NCBI GenBank assembly: GCA_964599975.1
Contig: CAZRHP010000002.1
Coordinates: forward strand, 16,494 to 80,493
Direction: 5' to 3'
DNA length: 64,000 nucleotides
DNA from: an uncultured Gulosibacter sp.
Lineage (GTDB): Bacteria > Actinomycetota > Actinomycetes > Actinomycetales > Microbacteriaceae
The translations under genes were made by a program, and so were the position numbers. Each line of letters opens with the position of its first letter. The stretch's first letter is position 1. The notes under the pieces were generated by a model. It had not been told where the DNA came from. It searched no databases and saw only the letters and a program-made list of their open reading frames with translations. Below are positions 40,638 to 50,254 of this stretch, one piece after another.

Positions 40638-41449
40638 AATATCTCGTTGCACTGCTTTCGCGTCAATGGCGCGGATATCTGGCGTTCACCGTGCTGTTCG
40701 CGGTGGTCTGTGTGGCCCTCGGTCAGTGGCAATTCGCCCGCCGGGTCGAGGCCCAAGCACAGATCGCTTTACTCACCGCAAATTACGATGCCGAACCCCG
40801 TGATGTTACGTCCGTCGTACCCGACGGCGATGTCGAGGACGACAGTCTAAAGTGGAGTCCCGTCACCGCGACCGGAGAATACGACGCTGCAGCCACCGTG
40901 TTTGTCCGCAATCGCCCCCAGAACGGTCGAATCGGATTCCATATGCTGGTCCCATTCACCACAACCAAGGGTTCGGTGTTCATTGTCGACCGGGGCTGGG
41001 TGGATTCCAACGCGGATAATTCGGCGCCTGTGGACGTTCCTGCGGTGCCGGAGGGCACCGTAACTATCACCGCACGGTTGTATCCCAGTGAGGCGACAAT
41101 CGCCGGACGCAGCGCACCCGATGGACAAATCGCCACGATCAATGTCCCCACACTCGTGGCAGGTTACCCCAGCGCAATTTCGGTCTGGTTTGGTCAGATA
41201 TCTGACGAGTCGCCGCAGGGCGAATTGGGGTTACCCTTCGCTAAACCCGTACTGGACGAGGGCCCACACCTGTCCTACGCACTGCAGTGGTACGTCTTTG
41301 CCCTGATGGCATTTGTCGCGCTGGGATGGGGTATTCGCCGTGACCTGCGCGGCGAATCGCCCACTCCGTCGGCACGTCCACGTTCTCTGGCCGCACGCCA
41401 GGACGAGGAATACGAGGATGCTGCCTGGAGGGCTACGCTAACTCGATGA
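40634..41449 (+). CDS. SURF1-family cytochrome oxidase assembly protein
   Basis: LGQWQFARR N-terminal motif and a C-terminal TM with HLSYALQWYVFA. Confidence 0.8.
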   Translation: MKYLVALLSRQWRGYLAFTVLFAVVCVALGQWQFARRVEAQAQIALLTANYDAEPRDVTSVVPDGDVEDDSLKWSPVTATGEYDAAATVFVRNRPQNGRIGFHMLVPFTTTKGSVFIVDRGWVDSNADNSAPVDVPAVPEGTVTITARLYPSEATIAGRSAPDGQIATINVPTLVAGYPSAISVWFGQISDESPQGELGLPFAKPVLDEGPHLSYALQWYVFALMAFVALGWGIRRDLRGESPTPSARPRSLAARQDEEYEDAAWRATLTR

Positions 41450-43361
41450 GGTCCTGATAATCCTGGCTCCAGATGTCCTCGGTACCCTCGGGCATGATGA
41501 GGACACGTTCGGGATTCAGCGCCTCGACAGCACCCGGATCGTGGCTGACCAGCACTACAGCTCCCTTGTAATGGGTCAATGCGCCGAGGATTTCCTCGCG
41601 TGACGCGGGGTCAAGGTTGTTTGTGGGTTCGTCCAACAACAGCACATTGGCCGATGACACCACGAGGGTTGCAAGAGCGAGTCGGGTCTTTTCACCACCG
41701 GACAACACGCCCGCTGGTTTTGTGGCATCGTCACCGGTGAACAGGAACGATCCCAATACCTTGCGCGCCTCGGTTTCCCCCAAATGGGGTGACGCAGACA
41801 GCATGTTTTCCAGAACGGAACGCTTTACGTCGAGCGTTTCGTGTTCCTGTGCGTAGTAGCCCACACGCAGACCGTGACCGGGGACAATGTGTCCCGTGTC
41901 CGGAGCGTCGACGCCTGCCAACATGCGCAACAAGGTCGTCTTGCCGGCACCATTGAGCCCAATGATGACCACGCGTGAGCCCTTGTCGATTGCCAAGTCG
42001 ACGGCGGTGAAGATTTCCAGCGAGCCGTAGCTCTTGGACAGGTTCTCAGCCATCAAGGGAGTTCGGCCGCAGGCTGCGGGCTCGGGGAAACGCAGCTTCG
42101 CGACGCGATCGACGGCACGAACCTCGTCCAGACCTGACAGCATCTTTTCGGCGCGTGCCACCATCTGGTGCGCGGCAGCAGCCTTGGACGCCTTTGCCCC
42201 AAATTTTGCGGCCTGAAGTTGCAGTGCGGTCGCTTTCTTTTCGACGTTGACGCGTTCCTTCTTACGACGTTCCTCATCGGCTTCACGCTGGCGCAGGTAA
42301 TGTTTCCAGCCCATGTTGTACACATCGATGCAGGAACGGTTAGCGTCCAGATAGAACACGCGGTTGACAGTTTCCTCGACGAGAACAACATCGTGAGAGA
42401 TGACGATGACGCCGCCACGGTATCCCTTGAGGAATTCACGCAGCCACACAACACTGAGTCGACCGTGACGGTTGGCCAGGCCCGCGAGGGGCACCATGGC
42501 GAGCCCGTTATCGGTGGCTTTGGCGACGGCGTCCCCGACGGCCCAAATGTTCGGGTCTGATGTTCGCAGCTGGTCGTCAACGATGATGGCCCCATTCGGC
42601 AAGGTGTCGAGGCCTTCGGCCAACGCCGAATCCGGTCGAACTCCGATTGCCGAGATCACCAGATTTGCCTCGAGCTGAGTGCCATCGTTGAGCATCACGT
42701 GGGTGTCGGTGACTTCGGTGGCCTGTCGGTTGAGCAGGACTTTGACGTCGTTGGCCGCCATTCGGGCCTGCAATAGCCACGCGAATTCGGGGTCCAGCGG
42801 TGTAAAGATTTGGGGTCCGGATTGGACCACAGTGACGGCGATTCCGCGGTGTCGCAGGTTTTCGGCGACTTCGAGCCCGATGAAGCCAGCGCCGAGGACG
42901 ACGGCTTTCGACGCGCCGTCGAGTCGGGTGATGATGGCGTCCATGTCCGACAGGTCACGCAGTGTCAGTGTTTTCTCGGCACCGGGAATTTCGGGGCGGG
43001 CTGCGGCGCCACCGGGACTGAGAACCAGCGCGTCATACGTGATCAGGGTTTCCCCGCCGGTGACGAGGTCGCGGGTGGTGATGACCCGATTGGTGCGGTC
43101 GATCGCAATGGCTTCGGTGCGGACTCGCACGTCAATGCGGAACCGACGGCCCAGGCTTGTCGGGGTCTGCAGCTCAAGTGCTTCACGCTTCGGGATGATT
43201 CCGCCGATGTGATACGGAAGTCCACAGTTGGCAAAGGACACGTCCGCTCCGCGCTCGATGACGATGATGTCAGCGGTTTCGTCCAGTCGACGCAGTCGGG
43301 TTGCCGCAGACATGCCGCCGGCGACACCGCCGACGATGACGAAGGTTTTGTGATTTCCCAC
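41433..43361 (-). CDS. chimeric ORF joining the N-terminal ~302 aa of a CoA-disulfide reductase/NADH oxidase-type flavoprotein in frame to the C-terminal ~340 aa of an ABC-F ATPase (possible fusion pseudogene)
   Basis: The N-terminal part has VGGVAGG, SFANCGLPYHIGG, VLGAGFIGLE and AVGD..PLAGLANRHGR. From aa 303 (nt ~42455) it continues SVVWLREFLKGYRGGVIVISHD, then a charged linker and a full NBD2 (GLNGAGKTT, LSGGEKTRL, LLLDEPTNNLD, LVSHD). GTG start with AAGGAG RBS. Confidence 0.75.
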   Translation of the reverse strand: MGNHKTFVIVGGVAGGMSAATRLRRLDETADIIVIERGADVSFANCGLPYHIGGIIPKREALELQTPTSLGRRFRIDVRVRTEAIAIDRTNRVITTRDLVTGGETLITYDALVLSPGGAAARPEIPGAEKTLTLRDLSDMDAIITRLDGASKAVVLGAGFIGLEVAENLRHRGIAVTVVQSGPQIFTPLDPEFAWLLQARMAANDVKVLLNRQATEVTDTHVMLNDGTQLEANLVISAIGVRPDSALAEGLDTLPNGAIIVDDQLRTSDPNIWAVGDAVAKATDNGLAMVPLAGLANRHGRLSVVWLREFLKGYRGGVIVISHDVVLVEETVNRVFYLDANRSCIDVYNMGWKHYLRQREADEERRKKERVNVEKKATALQLQAAKFGAKASKAAAAHQMVARAEKMLSGLDEVRAVDRVAKLRFPEPAACGRTPLMAENLSKSYGSLEIFTAVDLAIDKGSRVVIIGLNGAGKTTLLRMLAGVDAPDTGHIVPGHGLRVGYYAQEHETLDVKRSVLENMLSASPHLGETEARKVLGSFLFTGDDATKPAGVLSGGEKTRLALATLVVSSANVLLLDEPTNNLDPASREEILGALTHYKGAVVLVSHDPGAVEALNPERVLIMPEGTEDIWSQDYQDLIELA

Positions 43362-43392
43362 GGATGCTCCTTTGATGAACTCTCCCTAAATA

Positions 43393-43408
43393 ATACCCCC
43401 AGGGGTAT
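43393..43408. promoter_or_regulatory. operator-like inverted repeat ATACCCC-CA-GGGGTAT
   Basis: Perfect 7-bp arms in the 96-nt divergent intergenic region between the chimeric flavoprotein gene and the antiporter gene. It resembles the CsoR/CstR-type C-tract/G-tract palindromes I remember. Confidence 0.4.
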
Positions 43409-43457
43409 CTGTATTCCCGCAACACCGAGGAAATATTCGACACGCAATAATAAGAAC

Positions 43458-44657
43458 ATGAACCCGACCACAGTGGCCGCCGCCCTCAGTGACACCGCGA
43501 GCGTCACGCTGAGCGAAATCGGCTTCACCCTGTTGGTCCTCGGGCTGTTCGCCTTCCTCGCAGTTCGCATGCGCATCTCGGTCGTCCCGTTCTATCTCGC
43601 CGTGGGAGTCGCACTCGGCGACGGCGGTATCGCCCCCATGAATTTCAGCGAGGAATTCCTCAACACCGGTGCGCAGCTGGGAGCAATCCTGCTGCTGCTC
43701 ATGCTGGGACTCGAACACTCCGGCCCGAACCTCGTCGGCGCATTCATGGAACGCAAAAGTATCGGCGCGATCGACTTTGCGCTCAATGCCGTACCCGGGG
43801 CCATAATCGGCTTGCTGCTGGGATGGGGATTCGTCGGAGCGGTAGTGCTCGGCGGAATCACCTATGTCAGCTCGTCGGGAATTTCGTCACAGATGATGAA
43901 AGAAACAGGATGGCAACGGTCCGAGCTGTCCCGCCGTGTGACCACAGTGCTCATCGTCGAAGACCTCACGCTTGCCCCCTACCTGCCGCTGGTCTCGAGC
44001 CTCATCGCGGGACTCGGCGCACTCACCGGGTTCCTCTCGGTCGGTCTGGCGCTGGGCATGACGGGCGTTGCCCTATTGCTGTCATTCCGCGGGGCGGGTG
44101 CACTCAGCCGCATTATCAACACACAAGCCCAAGGCGCGCTGCTGCTGTCCGTATTTGGCGCCGCGTTGGTCGCCGGAGGTTTCGCCGAATCGGTCGGGTT
44201 CTCGAGCGCGATCGCGGCGTTCCTCGTGGGGCTTGTGCTGACCGGCGAAGTCGCCACCGCCGTCCGCGCCCGCCTGTCCCCTGTGCGCGACCTATTCGCC
44301 GCGATCTTCTTCGTCTTCTTTGGGCTCAGCGTCAACCCAATGGACATGCTCAACGCACTTCCGCTGGGCTTGCTTCTCGCAGTACTAGGAATCGCGGGCA
44401 AACTGCTCGTCGGCCGCAACATTGCGGGAAACATGTCCGACAGTCGGGCCTGGATTCGTGCCGGCGCGTTTCTGACCCCACGAGGCGAATTCTCGATCCT
44501 CATCGCAGGCCTCGCCGCAGACACCCTGTTCGGCGGGCAACTGCAGGCGCTGACCGTGACCTATGTGTTCATCACCGCACTGGCAGCATCAGTCATCCTG
44601 CGGGTGTTCCGCAGCGACCTCGACAAACCCGTTTCTAGACGAGGTGCGCGAACGTAG
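43458..44657 (+). CDS. cation:proton antiporter (Na+/H+ exchanger/Kef-type membrane domain)
   Basis: 399-aa polytopic protein. Start is ATG 43458, since the upstream part of ORF 42810 is antisense to the chimeric gene. Confidence 0.85.
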   Translation: MNPTTVAAALSDTASVTLSEIGFTLLVLGLFAFLAVRMRISVVPFYLAVGVALGDGGIAPMNFSEEFLNTGAQLGAILLLLMLGLEHSGPNLVGAFMERKSIGAIDFALNAVPGAIIGLLLGWGFVGAVVLGGITYVSSSGISSQMMKETGWQRSELSRRVTTVLIVEDLTLAPYLPLVSSLIAGLGALTGFLSVGLALGMTGVALLLSFRGAGALSRIINTQAQGALLLSVFGAALVAGGFAESVGFSSAIAAFLVGLVLTGEVATAVRARLSPVRDLFAAIFFVFFGLSVNPMDMLNALPLGLLLAVLGIAGKLLVGRNIAGNMSDSRAWIRAGAFLTPRGEFSILIAGLAADTLFGGQLQALTVTYVFITALAASVILRVFRSDLDKPVSRRGART

Positions 44658-45960
44658 CGTCGGTTACATCGCCGACAGCCGAGACCGTGTACGGCTGTTC
44701 GGCAAGCTCTGCGGCCACCGCACGAACCGTGTCGGGAGTGACCAAGTTCAGCAGGCGTTCCGTCTCATCCAAGTCACGATAGACGCCCATGAATTCGGCG
44801 CGGCCCAGGCGGTTCATGCGTGAATCCGTCGACTCCAGGGCCAGCGTGGAACCACCCAAAATTTGGCCCCGCGCACGACGCAATTCCACCTCGGTGATGC
44901 CGTCGGCGGCAATCTGGTTAAGTCCGTCCCGCATCAACTGTGTCACTTCGGCCACCGCCTTGGGCGCACAACCCGCAGCCATCCCGAACGCACCCGCATC
45001 CGAGTAGTACACGGGAAAGGCATCCACCGAATACGCCAAGCCGCGCTTTTCGCGAATCTCCTGGAACAGTCGCGACGATGAACCGCCACCCAACACCGAC
45101 GACAACACGCCAATATCGCTGCGGCGACGGGTGCCGGCCCGGAAACCAGGAACGCCCATAATCACGGCAACCTGCTCAAGGTCACGCTGAGTCACAGCCA
45201 GCATGGAACGGTTCGAGACGGTGGCATCCTCGTCGAGGCGACGCTCCCGAGGAGCCGCAGGAACTGACAGATCCCAACCGGTCAGCGCGGCGCACACGAG
45301 AGCAACGGCCTCGTCATGGTCGACATCGCCCGCAATGGTGACGACGAGGTCCGAGGGCGTATATCGGGCGCGGTAATGCGTCACAACGGTGTCGCGCACA
45401 GCGCCCTCGATGTCCGCAAACGAGCCGCCAATCGGCCGCGCCAAGGCGGAATCACCAAACACCGCACCAAAGAATAGTTCACCGCACACATCATCGGGGT
45501 CGTCCTGGGCCATCGCCAGTTCTTCCAAAATGACGGTACGTTCCAGTTCAAAGTCCTCGCCACGCAACACCGAATTCGACACCTGATCGGCCAACACCGA
45601 AACAGCCATCGGCAAATCAACCGAGCGCACCTTGGCCAAATAGCAGGTGCTTTCCTTTGCGGTCAGCGCATTGTGGTGCGCCCCGACCGAATCAAACGCC
45701 TCGCTGATATCAAAAGCAGTGCGCGAATCGGTTCCCTTGAACAGCAAATGCTCGAGGAAATGCGTGGAACCAAACTCCCCCGCCTGCTCGTCACGCGAAC
45801 CGGCACCGATCCACAAACCAATCGAGGCGCTACGTGAACCCGGCACTCGCTCGGTCAGAATGCGCAGACCACTGGAATGCACAGTCCGTCGCACCTCGCA
45901 TCCCCCCGCCGAGGTAAACGAAATTTCGGGCTGAGTGAGAGGAAGTTCGACATTGGTCAT
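44635..45960 (-). CDS. M16-family (pitrilysin-like) zinc peptidase
   Basis: HFLEHLLFKG inverted zincin motif. Conserved position downstream of pnp. Confidence 0.9.
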   Translation of the reverse strand: MTNVELPLTQPEISFTSAGGCEVRRTVHSSGLRILTERVPGSRSASIGLWIGAGSRDEQAGEFGSTHFLEHLLFKGTDSRTAFDISEAFDSVGAHHNALTAKESTCYLAKVRSVDLPMAVSVLADQVSNSVLRGEDFELERTVILEELAMAQDDPDDVCGELFFGAVFGDSALARPIGGSFADIEGAVRDTVVTHYRARYTPSDLVVTIAGDVDHDEAVALVCAALTGWDLSVPAAPRERRLDEDATVSNRSMLAVTQRDLEQVAVIMGVPGFRAGTRRRSDIGVLSSVLGGGSSSRLFQEIREKRGLAYSVDAFPVYYSDAGAFGMAAGCAPKAVAEVTQLMRDGLNQIAADGITEVELRRARGQILGGSTLALESTDSRMNRLGRAEFMGVYRDLDETERLLNLVTPDTVRAVAAELAEQPYTVSAVGDVTDATFAHLV

Positions 45961-45998
45961 AAGACTTCGAGCCTACCCGCGACACCACCCGGATACAG

Positions 45999-46032
45999 CA
46001 CAGGGGGCGGCCCCGAAGGACCGCCCCCTGTG
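45999..46032 (-). terminator. GC-rich hairpin between pnp and the M16 peptidase gene
   Basis: 12-bp perfect stem CACAGGGGGCGG/CCGCCCCCTGTG, 9 nt after the pnp stop. There is no U-tract, so it may be an attenuator or processing site. Confidence 0.5.
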
Positions 46033-46040
46033 GGAGTGAA

Positions 46041-48290
46041 TTACTCGGCTGCGTCAGCTGCGGGTGCAGCGTCAGCGCCCTCTTCGAGCACGGGCTCGAG
46101 CGACAGCTTGCCACGGTCGTCGATCTTGGCGATCTTGACGAGGACCTTCTGGCCGACCGACAACACATCTTCGGCGTTCTCGACACGCTTTCCACCGGAA
46201 AGCTTGCGGAATTCCGAGATGTGCAGCAGGCCGTCCTTGCCGGGCAGCAACGACACAAACGCACCGAACGCAGCCAGCTTCACAACGGTGCCGAGGAACT
46301 GGTCGCCCACCTCGGGGTTGATCGGGTTGGCAATTGCGTTGACACGCTGGCGTGCAGCCTCGGCCGAGGGACCGTCGACAGCGCCGATATACACGGTGCC
46401 GTCTTCCTCGATCGAGATGTCAGCGCCGGTCTCGTCCTGGATGGCGTTGATGGTCTTGCCCTTGGGGCCGATCAGCTCGCCGATCTTGTCGACGGGGATC
46501 TGCACCGAGATCACGCGAGGCGCGGTCGGTGCCATCTCGTCGGGTGCGTCGATGGCGTCGTTGATGACGTCAAGGATCTGCAGACGAGCGTCGCGGGCCT
46601 GCGACAGTGCACCGATGAGGACCGACGAGGGAATGCCGTCGAGCTTCGTGTCCAGCTGGATAGCCGTGATGAAGTCCTTGGTACCGGCGACCTTGAAGTC
46701 CATGTCACCCAGTGCGTCTTCGGCGCCGAGGATGTCGGTCAGTGCGGCGTACTTGGTTTCACCGTTGACGACGTCCGACACCAGACCCATGGCGATACCG
46801 GCGACGGGTGCGCGCAGGGGCACACCAGCGTTCAGCAACGACAGAGTCGAGGCGCAAACAGAACCCATCGAGGTCGAACCGTTCGAGCCCAGAGCCTCGG
46901 ACACCTGACGGATCGCGTAGGGGAACTCTTCACGCGACGGCAGAACGGGCACGAGTGCGCGCTCGGCGAGGAAGCCGTGACCAATTTCACGACGCTTCGG
47001 CGAACCAACACGACCGGTTTCACCTGTCGAGTAGGGCGGGAAGTTGTAGTGGTGCATGTATCGCTTGCTGGTGGTGGGGGTCAGCGCGTCAATCTGCTGC
47101 TCCATCTTCAGCATGTTCAGGGTGGTAACGCCCAAGATCTGGGTTTCACCACGCTGGAAGATAGCCGAACCGTGAACGCGAGGAATGACCTCGACCTCGG
47201 CGTCGAGCGCACGAATGTCGGACAGGCCACGGCCGTCGATGCGAACACCCTCGGTGAGGATTCGGCCGCGCACGATCTTCTTGGTGACCGACTTGTAGGC
47301 GGCGCCGAACTGTGCGTTCGACTCTGCGGGCAGCGTGCCGGCCTCAACAGCGGCGGCAACCTCGGCCTTGACGCGTGCCTTCAGTGCGTCATCGGCGTCC
47401 TGACGGGCCTGCTTGTCAGCGATCTGGTACACGGCGACGAGTTCGTCGTGTGCCGAAGCCGAAACAGCGGCGACGAGTTCGTCCGAGTAGTCGGCGAACA
47501 CGGGGTATGCCTGGATTTCCTTTGCAGCCTGAGCAGCGAGGCGCTCCTGTGCACGAACGAGTTCGAACAAGAAAGGCTTCGAAGCTTCGAGGCCCTGCGC
47601 GACGATGTCTTCGCTGGGCTTGACTCCACCGGCCTGGATGAGGTTCCACGACGCCTCGGTGGCTTCTGCCTCAACCATCATGATGGCGACGTCTTCCGAG
47701 CCATCAGCGGTCTTGATGACGCGACCAGCAACGACGAGGTCGAACACTGCGTCTGCCAGCTGTGCGTGGGTGGGGAATGCAACCCACTGGCCCTCGATGA
47801 GGGCCATGCGGATACCGGCGATGGGGCCCGAGAAAGGCAGACCCGAGATCTGGGTCGAAGCGCTGGCAGCGTTGATAGCCAGTGCGTCATAGAACTCGCC
47901 GGGAGCAATCGACAGAACGGTGATGACGATCTGTACTTCGTTACGCAGACCATCGACGAACGAGGGGCGCAGAGGCCGGTCGATCAGACGGCAGACCAGA
48001 ATGGCCTCGGTCGAGGGGCGGCCTTCACGACGGAAGAAGCTGCCGGGGATCTTGCCTGCTGCATACGAACGCTCTTCGACGTCGACGGTCAGCGGGAAGA
48101 AGTCAAAACCCTCACGAGGCGACTTGCCGGCGCTGGTGGCGCTCAGGATCATCGTTTCTTCGTCGAGGTATGCAGCAACGGCACCCTGTGCCTGCTGTGC
48201 CAAACGTCCGGTTTCAAAACGGACAGTGCGCTTGCCGAAACGGCCGTTGTCGATAACGGCTTCCGCAAACTTGATTTCGGGACCTTCCAT
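46041..48290 (-). CDS. pnp: polyribonucleotide nucleotidyltransferase (PNPase)
   Basis: Two RNase PH domains, then KH and S1 ([32 protein letters not shown]). Start is ATG 48290, with AAGGA 5 nt upstream. Confidence 0.96.
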   Translation of the reverse strand: MEGPEIKFAEAVIDNGRFGKRTVRFETGRLAQQAQGAVAAYLDEETMILSATSAGKSPREGFDFFPLTVDVEERSYAAGKIPGSFFRREGRPSTEAILVCRLIDRPLRPSFVDGLRNEVQIVITVLSIAPGEFYDALAINAASASTQISGLPFSGPIAGIRMALIEGQWVAFPTHAQLADAVFDLVVAGRVIKTADGSEDVAIMMVEAEATEASWNLIQAGGVKPSEDIVAQGLEASKPFLFELVRAQERLAAQAAKEIQAYPVFADYSDELVAAVSASAHDELVAVYQIADKQARQDADDALKARVKAEVAAAVEAGTLPAESNAQFGAAYKSVTKKIVRGRILTEGVRIDGRGLSDIRALDAEVEVIPRVHGSAIFQRGETQILGVTTLNMLKMEQQIDALTPTTSKRYMHHYNFPPYSTGETGRVGSPKRREIGHGFLAERALVPVLPSREEFPYAIRQVSEALGSNGSTSMGSVCASTLSLLNAGVPLRAPVAGIAMGLVSDVVNGETKYAALTDILGAEDALGDMDFKVAGTKDFITAIQLDTKLDGIPSSVLIGALSQARDARLQILDVINDAIDAPDEMAPTAPRVISVQIPVDKIGELIGPKGKTINAIQDETGADISIEEDGTVYIGAVDGPSAEAARQRVNAIANPINPEVGDQFLGTVVKLAAFGAFVSLLPGKDGLLHISEFRKLSGGKRVENAEDVLSVGQKVLVKIAKIDDRGKLSLEPVLEEGADAAPAADAAE

Positions 48291-48540
48291 GGTCATCCTT
48301 TTCTGTGTTTCACGCACCCCGTGTGGGTGCGTCCTCATAAGCAGAGCACGACAGAACGAAGCGCGTTTTCACGCACATGTTGCACGAGTTCAGCGACTTC
48401 GTGCTGGCCACCAGTAGAAATTCACCGACACCGTGTTCGGGAAACCACCACCGAGGACCAGCGAACTGTCCGTCTGCTCGTTACCAGAGTAGCAGTTGTG
48501 CGAGTTTTTCACGATATATCGTGCAGGCTGCGGCGTTCGG
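48291..48540 (-). promoter_or_regulatory. pnp 5' leader
   Basis: About 250 nt of untranslated sequence between the rpsO terminator and the pnp start. A long structured leader is the norm for pnp autoregulation. Confidence 0.45.
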
Positions 48541-48583
48541 GTATAAAAACGGACAGCCCCTAGGGCGAGCTAGGGGCTGTCCG
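48541..48583 (-). terminator. rpsO intrinsic terminator
   Basis: 14-bp perfect stem CGGACAGCCCCTAG/CTAGGGGCTGTCCG, followed on the minus strand by TTTTTATAC. Confidence 0.85.
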
Positions 48584-48626
48584 AAATCGTGTGGCCCTGG
48601 GGCCTCACACCCGGAGGTGTGCGAAA

Positions 48627-48896
48627 TTAGCGACGAATGCCGAGGCGTTCGATCAGCTGACGGTAACGGGTGATGTCCACGCCAGCGAGGTAGCCGAGGA
48701 GGCGACGGCGGCGACCGACCATGATCAGCAGGCCACGACGCGAGTGGTGGTCGTGCTTGTGAGCCTTGAGGTGCTCGGTCAGGTCCTTGATGCGCTTGGT
48801 GAGAACTGCAACCTGTACTTCGGGCGAACCAGTGTCACCGGGGTGAGTTGCGTATTCTTCCATGATGCTCTGCTTTACAGCGGCGTCGAGTGACAT
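48627..48896 (-). CDS. rpsO: 30S ribosomal protein S15
   Basis: 89 aa, reading [36 protein letters not shown]...[10 protein letters not shown]. Confidence 0.96.
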   Translation of the reverse strand: MSLDAAVKQSIMEEYATHPGDTGSPEVQVAVLTKRIKDLTEHLKAHKHDHHSRRGLLIMVGRRRRLLGYLAGVDITRYRQLIERLGIRR

Positions 48897-49019
48897 TGTC
48901 GATCCTTTCCAGATCCGTTGCGCGGTGCCACAACCTTGTGTTGTAGCGCTCTGTATCCGCGGCCGTTACACGGCAACCTGTCAACCTTAGCAGTCAGTCA
49001 GCGGATTAGGAACTTGGGG

Positions 49020-50240
49020 TTACTGAACCCGGCGACGTCGGGCGACGACGAGCCCCATTCCCAGCAGTGTTGCAGCGACGCCTGCGGCTACTGCGATGCC
49101 TTCATGGGCTCCGGTTGCTGCCAGCTCGGGCTCTTCAGCGGCTCCGGACTCAGCGGCCTCGGGGAAGCATAGTTCCGCGTTGACTTCGCAATAGTTTGAG
49201 GTGGGCAGCATGTCCTGCAAGTAAAGCCCGGCGAAATACACGTTGTCGTTGTTGCTGGGGTTGAGCGTGTTCACCGTCAACGACGTATCGCCGACGTTCA
49301 TGACATCGTTCAGACGGTACAGTTCGTCGTCGAGTTCGCGGTCGTACGACACAACTTCATCATCTACTTCACCTGGGTTCGTGAGGTCGTCCCCCACACC
49401 ACCAATGGTGTTGTATCCCCCAAAACCACAGTTGGGGTTGTTGAAGATTTCAGAGTCGTCACAGCCACCTGCGATGTTCGACAAAATTGTGTTGTTTGCT
49501 GTGATCCGTGACGTCTGGCTCCACGAACCGACCTGATAGCTGTTCGAAGATCCGACCGAGAAGATCAGATCGCGTTGAAGGTTTACCGGCACAATTGCAG
49601 GGAAGTTGAATGTGAAGCTGTCACCGGCAGGGTCCGAAGTTCCGGCCATGAGATAGATCGTTGAGAGCGGTGCCGATTCGTCGTTCCAAACGACGACCAA
49701 TGCGCCACCTTCGATCATGTCGTTGTCCGTGCCGTCACCCTGGTCGAAGCTGAGGTTCGAAATCCCATCGGGCAACGCTTCGATGACGCTCTCGAGTTCG
49801 TCAGTGACGTCACCGTAATAGGTGTTGAAGTTATTCCAGCATTCACTGCCGGGGCAGCTGGTGATTTTCGCCCAGTGCGTCAAGGGAAGGTTGACGCCTG
49901 CAATGAAGACATCTGTGGGAGCGTGGCCCGAGTTGTTGCGATTACCTCCGTCACCCGCAATGAAGAACACCGAGCGCACTGTCGCGCCTGCCGGCTTTTC
50001 CACTTGGATATCAATCGTGGTACCCGCAACATGGCTGGGTTCTGATGCGCCGTCGATGGACCATGAAATGTGTCCAGCTTCCATCGCAATCTGCTGCAGT
50101 CCCGCGTCCACCAGCGTTGTCGAGGAAGGCAGTGCGCTTGCAGGCAAGGCGACGACTGCGAGTACAACAATTGAGGTGATGGTTGCCGAAAGCTTGGACA
50201 GGGACTTGTTCACGCGGACTCCATTCGCTGGTTTCCGCAC
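49020..50240 (-). CDS. sortase-anchored (LAxTG) cell-surface protein of unknown function
   Basis: N-terminal signal/TM segment. The C-terminal sorting signal is LAATG (nt 49110-49124), then a hydrophobic stretch, then RRRR. Confidence 0.75.
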   Translation of the reverse strand: MRKPANGVRVNKSLSKLSATITSIVVLAVVALPASALPSSTTLVDAGLQQIAMEAGHISWSIDGASEPSHVAGTTIDIQVEKPAGATVRSVFFIAGDGGNRNNSGHAPTDVFIAGVNLPLTHWAKITSCPGSECWNNFNTYYGDVTDELESVIEALPDGISNLSFDQGDGTDNDMIEGGALVVVWNDESAPLSTIYLMAGTSDPAGDSFTFNFPAIVPVNLQRDLIFSVGSSNSYQVGSWSQTSRITANNTILSNIAGGCDDSEIFNNPNCGFGGYNTIGGVGDDLTNPGEVDDEVVSYDRELDDELYRLNDVMNVGDTSLTVNTLNPSNNDNVYFAGLYLQDMLPTSNYCEVNAELCFPEAAESGAAEEPELAATGAHEGIAVAAGVAATLLGMGLVVARRRRVQ

Positions 50241-50254
50241 AATACTATCGAAGC

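Noticed and set aside
42458-42463. A SalI site (GTCGAC) lying 3 nt from the chimera junction, considered as a hint of a cloning or assembly artefact.
   Set aside because: GTCGAC is a common hexamer in GC-rich DNA (for example also at 54915-54920), so it carries no evidential weight. The junction still needs read-level verification.
42810-43457. N-terminal 216-aa extension of the antiporter ORF (615 aa as listed).
   Set aside because: The extension is antisense to the chimeric flavoprotein gene and non-hydrophobic. The membrane protein begins convincingly at ATG 43458.
46221-48563. 780-aa ORF on the plus strand, plus 45877-46908 (343 aa) and several others, lying antisense to pnp.
   Set aside because: These ORFs mirror an unmistakable PNPase gene. 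Long stop-free antisense frames are expected in GC-rich coding DNA. The translation is Arg/Gly/Asp/Val-rich low-complexity sequence with no motifs and no RBS.
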